A DNA stretch of 64,000 nucleotides from a virus. A model generated the notes under the pieces. It had not been told where the DNA came from. It did not search any database and was given only the letters and a program-made list of their open reading frames with translations. Below are positions 1-13,800 of this stretch, one piece after another. How positions within the stretch are numbered: position 1 is the stretch's first letter; the number at the start of each line of letters is the position of its first letter. The stretch lies in IMG/VR virus record IMGVR_UViG_3300044617_000796, positions 1 to 64,000 of that record; one strand, given 5' to 3'. A program made the position numbers and the translations under genes.

Positions 1-8
1 TCCGATCT
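1..8. other. Probable Illumina adapter remnant (TCCGATCT)
   Basis: The window begins tccgatct, which matches the 3' end of the adapter CTCTTCCGATCT. It supplies two bases of the apparent TAG stop of the first ORF. Confidence 0.7.
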
Positions 9-3000
9 ATCTAATTACTTCATCATCTAACTTAACATAACCGCTTTTTGGGAAATATGGCTTGTCTGTTGTTATCATTGGTATTGATGCCGCATTGGAT
101 GCAATATTTGCATTAAGTTTTCCAACAGCTAATGTTGTTCCATCTTCAGGAGACCATAAGCCCTGAAGAGCATTATTTTTTGTTGAAACTCCAGTTAATT
201 TTACAGTTACTTTATTTGCCTGTAGCTGTACATTGTATGAAGCATCAATGATATTTGTATCATCTGAGAATGTCTTTTGGACACTAGCATGTTGAGCAAT
301 TGTAGATTCAAAAAATCTATAGTAATGCTCGTATCTAGCTTTGCCGTATTCATCAATATATAATCTTCCTAAATCCGCCAAACTTATTGTATCAATCAAT
401 GATTGGATAGTTGTTTCATTACCATAAATAAATGGCATAACAAAAACTGGCTGCATTTGAGTCTCAATGTAATGCTTTTTAACTTCATCAGCAGACAATG
501 ATTTTTTAAATATTGCAAATTCATCAATATAGAAAGATCTGATTGTTGCAGGTGGATTTTCAATAGCAAACTCTGAAATAGTTTCTGGTGTAAATGAAGC
601 GCCCCTGCCCCCGATTGTTAGATCTTTCCCAGTGTAAGCTAATAATGTCCCAGATGTTGTTACTGTATTAGCCAGCGCTCCGTTGATATAGTATTTCAAA
701 CTGTTTGACTTGTAAGTAACAGCGATATGTGTAAAAGATGAACTTGATAATGCTGTATTTGATGACACAGTGGCAGTTCCAGCGCTTGTTTTGAATTTAA
801 AACCATTTGAAGATGATGTATTGAAAAACTCAAAACCAGATGTTGAAGTAGCATTTGACCAATTACTTATGTATTCCCCATTGCTTGAGAATGAGCCATT
901 ATGGAACTTTGCATAAACCTCAAAACTAAACTCGTTAGTATAAGCGCTACTTGATGAGTTGAAAACATCGTAAGATATATGATATGGTACTCTAATATAA
1001 GAGTTACTTGCTAGTAATACGCTTTTATTGCTAGGGTCTGACACCACACCACTTGTTTGACCAGTGAGCACCGAACCGATATATCTGCCATCATTCCTAT
1101 TAGCTACTCTTTCAACAAAATTACCTGCCGTATTTACAGACCAAGAACCGCTGGAAAAATTCAAATATGTAACATCACTCTTGCTACCAACATAATCAAA
1201 ACTAGGCATTGTTACACATTCATGCCCCCATACCCAGTCAATCGTACCGCCAATATCCTTCTTTAAAGCAATGCCGAAATTATTAGTTTTATGAAAGAAC
1301 TCTATTCTTATTTCGTATAATTTTCCAGCTGTTAAATCCATTTCCTCTGTCAAAAATGTTGTAGCAGTGTTATTACCTGGGTCAATCTCATACCACTCAT
1401 TAATTTCAGTTAAGTTCTTATTAAAGAACATCCTAACGCCGCAATTTTTGACATCAAGACACAATCTTTGGACACCGCTGCTTGAGGGGATATAATAACC
1501 ATCAAATACACCATTGTAATAATCAGTTATTGTTGACCCATTAGATGCAGTAAAAGAATCATTTTGATAATTCAAACTCACTGGCTCTGCTTCACCACCA
1601 GGTTGAGTTGAAATAGCATTGGATGTAGAAACAAAAGATGGAGCTACATATGTAATAATATCCAGAGATACTTCCTCAGCAGAAAGAGTTCTGTCGTTAG
1701 CATCAAGTTTAATATCTTTAATTGTATTCTGCTGTTTCTCTGGTAAGGCTACAAACCTAGCCCTGAGGGATGCAGTCGGCACTCTCTGCGTGGTCGCTCT
1801 ATCAACAGTATCCTCATCAAACCCGAAATGTAAAACAGCGTCATCTTTTTTATATGTCTTTGAAGGCTTTGAGAAATAATCAATATCATTTTTTGGAAAA
1901 TTAGTTCTTAAAAGAAGATTGTTAACAGCTTCCGCAATTGTACTCTCCTGCATAAAGTAGCCATTAGTGATCATTTTTTCATTCGTAAACTTATTCCAAT
2001 TGCTCAGAGTAGCATTCACTGTCATGTCGTTAGATGAAGATTGCCATTCATCAACATAAAAAATTCCACACGGGACATATTCGTATGGATCAAATACCAC
2101 AGTTTCGCCAATAGTGTGAGCAAAGGCTTCCGTATCCCCATACCCCCTTTCAACAACAGCGAGAGTATTGTATGAATCTTTATAACACAGAACACGCTCT
2201 TGAGTTGTTGCGCCAGGGTTTATAGTTACAATATAATTATTATTACCACCACCCGATGGCATACCGTCTGTTGAGCCTACTGTGATTGCTGATGAAGATG
2301 ATATGATGTTGGCACTCAGAACTGTATTAATCAGTACCTCTTTTGTTTTCTCTATCTGCCAACCTGTGTAAACATATGCCCGCAAATCTTTTTTCATATA
2401 TTTACCGTATGTTGAGGCGGAACTGAACAAGTTAAAATCTTTACCATTATTGTCAAGTTTTAATGAGCAAGTTGAAGAACCACCGCCTGCAATTGGGAGA
2501 CTTGTTTCGTGTACATCTCTTACTTTAGAAACATTAAAATCAATTACATAATCTGTAACATCTGTCTGGTAAACTGGCGCTACTTCATTCACCCTCGCAC
2601 GATCAAGTGGGTTCTTAGTAGTATAGATAGTTAATACCACTTTGTTAATATTAGCGCTATTTAAATAGTGCGTATTATAATAAGAAGCGTCTGGTATTTC
2701 TGAATCAGTATTAAATACCATTGTGGTTGTATCCTCATAGGCTTGAATGTTATAAGATTTGATTTGACCATTAAATTCTGATGTAATAACTTTAAGTATA
2801 TTTATTGGTCTGCCTGTAAAGTTGTATTGAATAATTACTGGGCTGGTAAACTCATACCCGCTTCTTGTCGCATGGAGTGAGCTTGTGCTTTTGACACCAG
2901 ACACAAAACCATATTCATAATTGTCATCTTTTGACGATGGAAGCGCATGCCATTGACCATTGGCTGTAATTGTTTTGCCAAACTTATCTTTTGCATCACA

Positions 3001-3357
3001 AACAGCCCATGTAAATGACTGGCGTTCTATCCCATTCATTGACTCATTTGGAGTAAAATAATAATCAGACCTATTTCTTTTATTAAATTCCACCTCGCTC
3101 GTAGACAAAGATCGGTATGTCGGCGTTATTCGGTTAGTCCTCAACAACATCCCAGACACTTCTAGATTAATATCGTTAGTTGTTGGCGTTGTAAATGATG
3201 ATGTAGATGTAGCAATTTCTGTATTATTATATTTAGTCACATGCCTGCTGTCTAACCAGTCAATCAGGATTAGAGGCTTAATTGTCTGAGATATGGCAGT
3301 CGTGCTCTGCACAAAAGTGTCAGATATTTGTTTTCCATGTAGACCGTACTGAAGCAT
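7..3357 (-). CDS. Large tail-tip/baseplate hub protein with PA14-like and LamG/ConA-like domains; probably 3'-truncated
   Basis: 1116 aa, downstream of the tape measure gene. PA14-like segment 'FDGYYIPSSSG...LTAGKLYEIRIEFF'; LamG-like segment 'FTHIAVTY...LKYYING...IDEFAIFKKSLS'. Confidence 0.7.
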   Translation of the reverse strand: MLQYGLHGKQISDTFVQSTTAISQTIKPLILIDWLDSRHVTKYNNTEIATSTSSFTTPTTNDINLEVSGMLLRTNRITPTYRSLSTSEVEFNKRNRSDYYFTPNESMNGIERQSFTWAVCDAKDKFGKTITANGQWHALPSSKDDNYEYGFVSGVKSTSSLHATRSGYEFTSPVIIQYNFTGRPINILKVITSEFNGQIKSYNIQAYEDTTTMVFNTDSEIPDASYYNTHYLNSANINKVVLTIYTTKNPLDRARVNEVAPVYQTDVTDYVIDFNVSKVRDVHETSLPIAGGGSSTCSLKLDNNGKDFNLFSSASTYGKYMKKDLRAYVYTGWQIEKTKEVLINTVLSANIISSSSAITVGSTDGMPSGGGNNNYIVTINPGATTQERVLCYKDSYNTLAVVERGYGDTEAFAHTIGETVVFDPYEYVPCGIFYVDEWQSSSNDMTVNATLSNWNKFTNEKMITNGYFMQESTIAEAVNNLLLRTNFPKNDIDYFSKPSKTYKKDDAVLHFGFDEDTVDRATTQRVPTASLRARFVALPEKQQNTIKDIKLDANDRTLSAEEVSLDIITYVAPSFVSTSNAISTQPGGEAEPVSLNYQNDSFTASNGSTITDYYNGVFDGYYIPSSSGVQRLCLDVKNCGVRMFFNKNLTEINEWYEIDPGNNTATTFLTEEMDLTAGKLYEIRIEFFHKTNNFGIALKKDIGGTIDWVWGHECVTMPSFDYVGSKSDVTYLNFSSGSWSVNTAGNFVERVANRNDGRYIGSVLTGQTSGVVSDPSNKSVLLASNSYIRVPYHISYDVFNSSSSAYTNEFSFEVYAKFHNGSFSSNGEYISNWSNATSTSGFEFFNTSSSNGFKFKTSAGTATVSSNTALSSSSFTHIAVTYKSNSLKYYINGALANTVTTSGTLLAYTGKDLTIGGRGASFTPETISEFAIENPPATIRSFYIDEFAIFKKSLSADEVKKHYIETQMQPVFVMPFIYGNETTIQSLIDTISLADLGRLYIDEYGKARYEHYYRFFESTIAQHASVQKTFSDDTNIIDASYNVQLQANKVTVKLTGVSTKNNALQGLWSPEDGTTLAVGKLNANIASNAASIPMITTDKPYFPKSGYVKLDDEVIR

Positions 3358-4416
3358 TTAAACCTCTTCCAAGGTTATAGAGCAGTCCCAGAAATATACA
3401 TCATTAGACAAGTCTCTTCTAATCAATGATTCATTATAATCTTTCACTAATACATTATAACTTGTTTCTGTTGGTGGTGTAACCCCAGACTCATCTAAAT
3501 TAACTATTTTTAATATATGATGGCTTGGGTCGGAAGCTATGGTTTTAATATAATCACGAGCCTCTTTTTGATCCGCTGTGTACTCTAGTGAATTAGGTAG
3601 CCATGACCATGAAAGACTGAATGTTCTTCTACCCGATCTACTTGTAGACTTATAGTACCTTGTCTTTCTATTATTCCAATTTTTATTTTGAGTAAAAATT
3701 GGCTCAAGACCAGAATCAAACTTCCTGTTGTGATTTGTAATTGCTCTACCATCAAGAAGCATAAATGTTCTAATTACGGATGAATCAACAGTTCCATTAA
3801 CAGCAAACTTAATTGCCTCAGCAGTCATGTTCCCTATTTCAACAAGATTAATTCTAATTGTTGCAAGAGATATTTTGCCAGCAACAGTTAATTGCAATGA
3901 TGATGACAATGCAGAAATTGCTTGTGAAATCTTAGTCCCAACGCTAGTTAGTGATGCAGAAGCTGAAACCACTGCGGCTGAGTTTGCAAACTTCATAAAA
4001 GCAGCGGTAATGTCTGCAGATGACGACAATACTGCAGCGGACTCTGCAATTCTCGTAACTGTTTGAGCAACATCTACAGAGGCACTTTGAGAAGATTCCG
4101 AATACGAAAACTTCATCATTGTTACAGCAACAGTTGTGTTGGCAGAAACGGTGACTAGTGCATCTTGTCTTTCTGTAGCTACGGTAGCAGTTACTGATAA
4201 ACCAGAGAGCGCAACATCTGCAAAAATAATTTTATGCGCACTAACGCTAGAATCAGCCTGGGCTGAAAGTACAATATCGCCATGAATTATTCTATAAGAA
4301 TCAACTGTTAAACTTGCAGATGAGCTTAAAGCGACTATTACATCATTGTCGTCTGCTAAGTAGAAATCAATACCACTATTGAGGGGCTCGGAGAAGCTAA
4401 ACCAACTGGCAGACAT
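3358..4416 (-). CDS. Minor tail protein (Ala/Ser-rich repeats plus a C-terminal distal-tail-like domain)
   Basis: Synteny. The C-terminus is paralogous to 4417-4812 (FSLSWSWLP / FSISWKYLP; YNESLIRR / YSETLIRR; both end LxEV). Confidence 0.6.
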   Translation of the reverse strand: MSASWFSFSEPLNSGIDFYLADDNDVIVALSSSASLTVDSYRIIHGDIVLSAQADSSVSAHKIIFADVALSGLSVTATVATERQDALVTVSANTTVAVTMMKFSYSESSQSASVDVAQTVTRIAESAAVLSSSADITAAFMKFANSAAVVSASASLTSVGTKISQAISALSSSLQLTVAGKISLATIRINLVEIGNMTAEAIKFAVNGTVDSSVIRTFMLLDGRAITNHNRKFDSGLEPIFTQNKNWNNRKTRYYKSTSRSGRRTFSLSWSWLPNSLEYTADQKEARDYIKTIASDPSHHILKIVNLDESGVTPPTETSYNVLVKDYNESLIRRDLSNDVYFWDCSITLEEV

Positions 4417-4812
4417 TTAAACCTCCACCAAAGACAACTCAACATCATAATACGAACACTTTGTTGGCATATGTCTTCTTATCAGTGTTTCTGAATACGA
4501 ATCAATAAAGCATTCATATTCTGTATAACCCTCACCTGGGGCTAGTTCTATCCCGACTGTTACGCTTGCTCTTGTGTTGACTAAATTACTTAGATAGCTT
4601 TGTCCAACCCGACCATCTGCAGTTATATTCTGCACACTTGGGAGATACTTCCAGCTTATTGAAAACTTTTGCTTATTCTTAGAATAGTATCTTCTTCTGT
4701 GACCGCTGGCTAGGTCAATATCGTTAGCAGCAATCTCCTCATCAATCTTCAAGGTTCTTCCGTGTTCTGTAATCTCAATACCGTCAATTGTTAGCAACTT
4801 GTATAGATCCAT
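4417..4812 (-). CDS. Distal tail (Dit-like) protein
   Basis: 131 aa, directly after the tape measure gene; predicted beta-rich and ends 'LSLVEV'. Confidence 0.6.
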   Translation of the reverse strand: MDLYKLLTIDGIEITEHGRTLKIDEEIAANDIDLASGHRRRYYSKNKQKFSISWKYLPSVQNITADGRVGQSYLSNLVNTRASVTVGIELAPGEGYTEYECFIDSYSETLIRRHMPTKCSYYDVELSLVEV

Positions 4813-7800
4813 TATTGACCCCTATTCAAACCATTGTATGTTGAAATTACACGATTTTCAAGACCAGCGGCTTTTTGGTTCTTTGGCAAAATCTTGGTGT
4901 TGTAATCTTTCATCATTGAGTTGAACCATTCTGGCTCTCCGATAAAGTTGTCAACATAGATGTTTACATTCTGTGTTGATGTTGTCATTCCGCCAGCCGC
5001 ACTGCCACTGTATGATGCCTGTGGTACTGAGAACCCTGCGCTTGGGACATTAAACTTCATTTGATTCATTGCTTCAAGATGTGCTAAGCCGTATTTCTTT
5101 ACAGCCGCAGAGTTAAGAACATACTCTCCACCATGAAGAATAGAAGGAACTTCCCCGCCTTCTTTAAACTTGAGGTAGCCACCTTTCTTAAACTTAGGCA
5201 TGTATCCGCCGTTATATGCTCTTCTGTTGTAAGGCAAACCGCCTGGAAAGGACATCTCATTCATCTTAAATGTGTCATACACCTTTTGGATTTTTTCCAT
5301 CAATTGCGGATTGTCATACGGCATATCAAAATTCTGCGCAAAAGGATTTCTTGACATTACCCTTGACCAAGCATTCTCTCCCGCCATTGGGTAATAATAT
5401 GAGTTTAGATACTCTGATGGGTTTATGTTTGCCCCTTGCTTCATAGAACCAAACATCGTTGATGAATTAAATTGATCAAAATGACGACCAGTTTTTACTC
5501 CAAGAAGCTTAGCGAACAAGAACGAAATGGCATTATCGGCATAATCTTCTGATCCATGATCACCTCCAGAAATCTTATATTTCTGAATTATCTGTTCAGG
5601 AGATATAGTGCCAAATGTAGACCCCACATCTGCTTGTTCTGTAATCTTAAGAACTTCTATCATATATTTTTCTAATTCATCTGTTGGGTTTATCCCGCTT
5701 CCTTTCTTGATAGGGACAACTTTAAATGTTCCTGCTGGGAAATTCAGCCCTTTGCCTGGTGGGGGTGTAAAAAATGTATCAACTGTATATAAGTTATCCA
5801 ATGCTCCTGGGTTATTTTTCAACATTGGCAGTAATTGTGAAATTATAAAATTACCTTCTTGAACATTTTCACGGAACCCATGACCAGTTACTCGGTGATT
5901 AAGAGCAAAATGCAGGGTGTCTCTGAAATACTCTGCCTTATCTCCTAAATTATATGGACCACCAGGGTATGGACCTTTGAAAGATACCATTGAAGTTGTA
6001 TCAAATGCAGACATTGGTTTTAGAGTAAGGTTTCCAAGTTCATCAATATCAACTGGATAAGGTGTTTCATGTGTTACGAAAAGATCCTTGAGCTTAAAGT
6101 AATCTTTTTTACCTTTTACAATCGTATCAATTATCTCTCCAGTGTTCCCAGACATTTTTACTTTTTGCTCATTTACAGCAATAGAACCAAGTGATTCATA
6201 TTCTTTAAATTTCAACATTGCAAAAAGATCTTTGTTTCTCTTCCAGTTATACAACAAGGCTGAGATAAATGTGTCATCCTTGCTATTTCCCATAACATCT
6301 GTAAAGCCAATTATTGCACGAGCCCACTCATTAGCTATTGCATCACCTTCAACAGTTCCAGGTTTCAAATTGGAAATTTCATAAGGATTTAGCCCTACTG
6401 ATTTTATATTCAAAGATGGGTTTCTTTTAGCAAGACCTTTCAATGGGCTCTTCATTCCGCCAAAGACAACATTTTCTTTTCCAATTTTATGCACATACAG
6501 ACCTAGTTGTTTTAGGTCTAAGCCGCCAGTATCGTAATTATATTTAGGCATTTCACCGAGCACGCCAGTGCCAGCTTTATATGTTTTTATCGGAGTAATT
6601 TTTTTAATAATTTCAAGAGCACCACCTGACCCACCAGTAGTCAACTCTTTAGGAGCAAGCGCCATTCTTTCCCTTAGGGACATAAAAATATCACTTGTTT
6701 CTTTGTAAATATCTTTCCCGCCAGGACCAAATTTATTAATAAAACTAATTGGCTGGTTTGCTTTTGGCAGCAAAAGATCAGATTGTTCTTGCAACCACCA
6801 CTCCATACCTGGTTTTATATTGCGAGCTTTTGCTATATTTTCAAGAACATCTGGAGGCAGTACCCCATCACTATCTTTTAGGAGTCTGCTCGTTGCCCAC
6901 GCAATATCTTTTTGCAAATTATTAAAATCTATTACTTCCCTTGAGGCTGGTATAATTCTTGGGTCAAAAGACTTTGGCATTGGAATATCGCCAGTCTGTT
7001 GGAATATATCATTTGCCAATTGAGCTGGGTCTATCTTACCCATGTTCTCAGCCCACTCTGCCAGTATCTCATCCGTTGGGGCTACATTAGATCTAACACC
7101 AAGCAGATTGTCTATAATAGAATTGTAGTAACCAACTTCGTCTAGGCTTTCCATTGATCTAGGGATTAGACCCTGGGCTTGCAATCTTGCTTTCAATACA
7201 TCTCTTTGGAGCTGAGTTGTTAATTTATTTGTTTGACCGCTTGCAATATTATCTAATTCGTCAAATAGATCAAGAACTTGCTTATCAATTGCACCGTCAG
7301 AACCAGCAAAAGCGGCACTTGCTCTAGGAGCAAAGCCATCTTTAAAGACATCTTCAACAGATACCGCAGGGTTTTTCACTGGGGCTGGTGGAATAGCAGG
7401 TCTTGGTCCCTGCATCTGTATATCAAATACATTTTCAGGTTTTAATATAGATGGGTTAAAAGGTTTTATTCCAGGCTTTTTAAACAAATCAAGTATTGGT
7501 CTGGCAATCTTACCTTCTAGGTAAGTACCAACTCCAGGAAACTTCGCTTTCATTATTGGCGCTACAACTTTCGTCATAACTTTTCCGCCAGCATAATCAA
7601 GCGTTCCTTGCATTAAGGCATTCTTTGCAATATTAAAAGGCTGAAGCCCTTTTATATCATCAAAAATTTGCTCAGTGAATTCTCCAATTGCACCACCAAT
7701 ACCTGCTCCGATAGCACTTCCACCAACAGAGCCGATGCCCAAGGCAGGTAGACCAAGAATTCCACCAATTATTCCTCCAGCAATTGCAAAAGAGTTTCTT

Positions 7801-10800
7801 GGTCTTGCAATTTCTTTTACAATAGGGAGGGCTTTTTGCCACCAACTCTTTTCTTTTGGCTTAATAACAGGTGCTATTGGTCCAACAAAGTTTTTGGCAA
7901 TTCCCGCATTCTTCAAGTCAACATTCCTTTGAGCTTGCGCCTTAGCGACCTGCCCTATTCTATTCGCTTCAGAAAGATGAATAACTTCAGCAGCTTTACT
8001 TGCTGCAGCAGTATTAGCATAAATACCTAAATGGTTTTTGTAACCACCACTAGCATATGCGTTAAAAGCATTAGTGTTAGATAAAATCTTTCCTTGAACA
8101 ACTGTTGGCAATAATACTTCACCCTTGCCAATCCCAAAAGATGCAGAGCGAACAGTAGATATACCACCTTCACCTGCAAGATTGTTCTTAACAAGCGGAA
8201 GTGATCTTAAGTTAATTGTTGGAGAAGCAACAACAGGGATTGATGTTGCATACGGTCCTTGTAGAGTCTGTAATGCTTTCTTGGCAAGGATATCTTTTTG
8301 ATCTTCAACTCCGTACTTCCTTACACTACCGCCTTTTGCAAAACCAGGGGTAGTCATATATCCGCCATTTGCAAAACCAGGGGTTGTCATGTAACCACCA
8401 GATGCAAATCCCTTCAAATCACCACCGTGTCTTAATGCATTGATTTTTTCAAGATTTCCTTTTCCAAACTTTTCTACCGCCTTATGGTTGATAATGTATT
8501 CACCACCATGCAGAAGCGCTGGAATACCTTGTGAAGATGGTGCATCCAGGAATCCACCACGAACAAATTGACGGATATGACCGCCGTTGTAACTTCTAAT
8601 AACCGAACCTGGGAGTGGTCTCATTAATGTTGGAACACCAGGGCTGACAGTTTGATTATTCAAATAGCCTTGTAAGAGCACTCTTTCAAGCCCATTCAAT
8701 CCATAGCTACCGATGTTTGACATCATATATTCAGAGCCTTTATCGTAATCACGCATGATGATCCCAACAACTTTCTGTAGCGATGGAGAGTTAAGTGAAA
8801 AATCACCCCTTCTTCCTGCATCGCTCGGTGCAAACTTCAAAAGGTATTGCTCTAGATTTTTTCTATCTTCTTGTGTGAATGCAGCGCCAGGAACTATATT
8901 GTCACCAATTCCACCCAATGCGCCAGACGCTTCCCCAGCAAGGTCAACTATTTGCTTGACTAATGGCTTAAGATCTTCAAACAGTTTCTTAAAGCTTTCC
9001 AAAATCTTCGGGAATGCAATATCTCTATTCAGCTCTCCTCTTAGTTTTTCAAATGCATCAGTGCCAGCTTTTTGCCAAATTTCAGCAATGTTATTCTTAT
9101 TGCCTTTCTCTGAAAGCGATGAAGTAATCTTTGCAATAGCATCAATTGCTGGTTGCACATATGCGGCGGCAAAGGCAGGGTTAAATGCTGCTTTAAATCC
9201 TTCTTCACTTCCGATAGCCATCATTCTTACAGCACCAAGAAGAGTTGCAGGGTTAGCTACATTAGCATCCAGACCAAATTTCTTAGAAGCTTCCTTAATC
9301 AACTCATCCATGTTTGTGTTAAACATATTGATAGACGGATCACGAACTCCAGCGATAATTCTTGGTAGTTCACCAATATTTGCAGCGAATACTTTGGCTA
9401 GTTCAGCAGAAGAAAGATTTGCTCGCTCTCCAACTCCTGCTAGAGCAGCAGCAAATTCTTCTTGCGTTGCAAAACTCTTGTTCTTTACATCTTCAATAAA
9501 CCGATCAAATGTGTCAAGCACTTCTTGGAACTGCTTCTCCGCAAGATCTTTTTGATTAGCAATTGCTTGCTTAGCCAAATCTCGTTGCTCAGACTGAAGC
9601 TGAGACAATCTGCCAGAGTCAAGTTCTTTAATTTCTTGAGCAGAATTTCTTTGAGCCAGCGCCTCTTCTCTATCAAGTTTTCTAACATCAAAAGCACGAC
9701 CCTCGTAAACCGCTAGTCTTCTCTCTACTAAGTAATTTGCACGATCAGTTTCTCTCTGATCAAGCATTTCTCTACGCTTTGTCTCATATTCTTTTTTAGC
9801 TGTTAATCTCTCTTCTGCTTCAGCGAGAGCGTCAATACCAGCAATCTGATCATCGTATGCTTTTAGTTGTTCATCTTTTTGCTTGGTCAATGCATCAATA
9901 TATTGCTGAATAATATTTTCAAACTTAGCGTCAACATTTGAATAAAAGTAACCCTTAATGGTATCTTTTATTTCTTTCATCTTGTCTTTTATGCCTTTGT
10001 TGACATTTCCACCAAGACTTTCACCTGCCGCTGTAGCTGCGTCAGCAGATTGTTTTGCATTATACTTAAGAGCATCCTGGTAAGCTTTAGGGTTTTTCAA
10101 TCTTTGAGCAAGAGGTATATTAATTCCTTGTCCCATGAGTTCAGCGTATTTCTTAGCAACTTCACTCATTCCCTTTGTAAGGGCGCTATCTAGCCCGCCT
10201 TTTATTGGGTCAATTAATTTACTTAATTTTCCACTAAGACCTGTTGAAAAACCGTCTGAGAATTGTTCGGATGACTGTTCGCCCTTAATCTTAAAGCCAT
10301 TACCTGTTACAAGACTAGCAAATGGATCACCAATGTATTTGAGGTATTCCTTGCCAAACCCAGCAGTCATCAAATCTGCAGCAAGATTCCGAGCCATCCC
10401 TGCGCCAGCTTCCGCTGCCATACTCACTAATGCTATGAACATTTCTCTAAATACAACCACGCCAACTTTCGCAATAGTTACAAGAACTGGAATTAGTCCT
10501 TTAAGAACCATTGCTATAACATCAGTTATTCCTTTTGTAAAATTCAGAAGTTCATATATCAATGAATACAAGAATGCTTTAAGCTTCTTCCCTGCAGCCT
10601 CTTTATCTCCAGAGAATGCGGACTTGATCGCACCTCCAAGAAGAATGAATCTGTTGATCAATCTAGCGAGGAATGGGGCGACTTGGTTAGTCATAAATGC
10701 CTTGCCCGTTGTTTCAGCCCACTTCTTCATAAATCCAGTAGCTTTCTTAATAGCAGTGGCGATACCGTAGAACATTGCGGCATTCTTTTCGCCTTGTGTC

Positions 10801-13800
10801 ATGAATGTTGAGCCAATACTGCTTGCCCCAAGGAAACCGTTTACCATGTCACGGATCGGGGCGAACAGCGCAACAACGGCATCTTTTAGATTTGTAAGAG
10901 ATTGCTTTAGTGCCTCAGTAGTTGCAGTCAACCTTCCTTGAGCACTCTTCCACGCTTGGAAAATTCCAAACATCAAAACAATTATCGGCAGCGCAACTGC
11001 TGCTACTGTGCCAATCATTACGATAGCTCTAACAATTTTGAACATTACATCTGCGGCTTTACTGCCTATGGCGGCTAGGCTGTTGATACCACCAGTAGCC
11101 CCAGACAGACCAGCCATTGCTTTTCTTACAACTCCAGTTTTCTTGCCATCTCTTGATTCAACTAAGGTGTCAATAGCTGCTCGTGCTTTTCCACGCATAC
11201 TGGCTTCCCCAGTTGCTGTTATTGCTTTAAGTAAAGATTGAGCTGGCTTCACTGCCGCTGTGAGACCACCTGTTAGAGCAAAAGCCCATCCCTTAACAAT
11301 CCCAGAAGAGAAAAGTTTCTTGAACCTTGTAAAGTTTGGCAGTAATCTTCCAGCAAGGATTGAGTTGGCACGATCAAAAGATATCGCCATCTCCCCGCCA
11401 AGTTTTTTAATTCTTGACATTCCGATTAATGCACCAGCATCGTCAAACTTTAATCTAAGTTTCTTATCTGCTAATGCCTCTACCAAGCCTGCTGTGCCCG
11501 CTATTTTTGCCGCATCTAGACCTGCTGTTACACTAGGTACACCGATTCCTTTCATACCAAACAATCGGGTTCTTGTTCTTGAAAGACGGGATGCCTCACC
11601 AACTTCACCTGGACCGACTAAGTTACCAGTGAGCTTGTGTGCTTCAGATGCGGCTAGCACACGGCTTAATGATGTTGCGACTTCATCGCCAGCATCCGCC
11701 ATTGTTTCTGCAGCTTCCCCTACTGGAGATAGTAATTCATCAAAATTAGGAATTAAATCTGAGAGGCTTGAGTCAAAAATGTTTGGACCTTGAAACAGGT
11801 TTGGTCCTTTAAATATATGTCCAATTTTCTTAATATCTATAACTTTTCCAGCACCGCCAGTTGCTGATGGCGTTACAGGAGTTGGTATTACTGGTGTTGT
11901 AGGAGTTGGAACTCTCGGAGGTGGTGCTGTTGGTGCTGTAGCACCTGTTGCTCCAGTTGGTGCAATTGTAGATGGCGCTGTTGGAACTGCTTCAGCTGCA
12001 GCAGTTGCAAGTGCAAACTCAGCAACAACATACTTATCTCTTGCAAAAGCCAGTTCTTTTAATTGCTTGTTAAGTTTAGCCAGATTTCTTTCTGGACCTT
12101 TTCTCATCGCTGGTGATGTAAATGTATCAAGGAGTTTCTGTTCCCCAGCAATCATCCCTTGAAGTCTTTCAATTTCTTTTTCAAAGTTTGCAACCGACAA
12201 TTTTTTAATTTTTGCGGAAGCACCAGAAGCTTTAGCATCAATACCTAACTGCCTTGCCAATTCTCGCTGAGCAGATTCCATCATCTTTTCTGCTTGTCTC
12301 TTTGTTGCTGGCAATTCTATTTCAGTGTTTTTTAGACCTTTTAGAGTTTGAGGTGTTGGGGTTACAGTAGACGATGTAGCTGCATTAACAGCCTGAGTAA
12401 CAGCTGGGGTAATAGATGGAGCACGACCTGGGAACAATTCGCCAGGCTTATACACTTTGACAATTGGCTTCATTACTTTATCCGTAGCCGCTCTAATCAT
12501 GGAACTTGACTTTGCACCAGCCATATCTACTTTGCTTGCAATGTCAGCCATCACAGCAGCAGGTGCGGTCAGGAAACCTTCAATATCATTTGCAATACTC
12601 TTAACTGCGTCAGCTGTCTTTTTACCCGCATCTTTCAAAGCTTTCTTTGCCGCTCTTTGTCTACCCAAGCCAGGTCTATTGCTTTCTACAGTTAATCTTC
12701 TTGCAACCTCTGTTACGCCTGCATCATCCGCACCACCAAGACCTTCAAACCCACCCTTCATAGAAGCAACAAATGCGCTCTCTAGCGCAGTGCTAATACC
12801 CTTAGCAGATGTGGTATTAATAGCACCCTTTTTAATTTTCCCAGAAAAGAAGAATTCTCTAATTCCCTTTACTATAGGATTGCCGCTAGCATCAGTGTCA
12901 AGACCTTGACTACCCCTACGCATTCTTTCCAGCAATGCTTTCCAGCTTTGCAGCGACCCAGATTTCATACCCTTACCACCAACACCAGCGCCAGTCTGCG
13001 TAGTGATAGCTCTCTTGATTTCAGTCAAAGTATTACCCATTGCCATTTCAATTTGGTCTTGTGGGAGATTAACAATACTTGTCATAAATGTAGCAAGGTC
13101 TTTACTTACAGATGTTGGTTTCAAATTTTGCAATACTCTCGTAATATGCTTGATATCTGCTTGAGCGGTATTTGCCAAAACACTTCCGAGCTGTGTTTCC
13201 AACTGTTCCGCAAATTGGAAAATAATTTGTTCACCTTGCGTGATAGCAGCGGCGCTTAGGCTTTTAGGTACCTTAAAGGATCCCTTAACACGATCCATTC
13301 CAAAGAATGATTTGATTGAGGTAGGAAGGCTCAAACCCCTTCGTGCGTCAAACATTCTTGCATTTGGCTGTTGGAACCTTGTGTCATTAAAGAAGCGAGA
13401 ACCACTATACCTAAAAGCATCTAATGGAGAGCCATCTGACCCCATAGGTATTTGTTGCTTAACAGCATTCCACATTGGGTTCATAGGGACAGCAGCTTTT
13501 ATTTCTTTTTTGACATCAGCGAAAGCTCTCTTCATACGAGCAACTCTTCTCTCAGAGCGCATAGATAGATCGCTTACTCCATCATTAACCGCTTTATCAA
13601 TATCTTGAATTCCAGCTTTTATATCATCTGGCAATGACAGCATGATGTCATCAATTTGAGTTTGTATACCAGCTGGTGATGCATCCAATACAAGGTTTCT
13701 TCTAGCAAGAAGTCTCTTCTCATGCTTCTGCATAAGATCAAATTCAAAATCAAAGTCATCTTGGATTTCTTTTAATCTTTCAGCACCAGCTTTTTGAACA

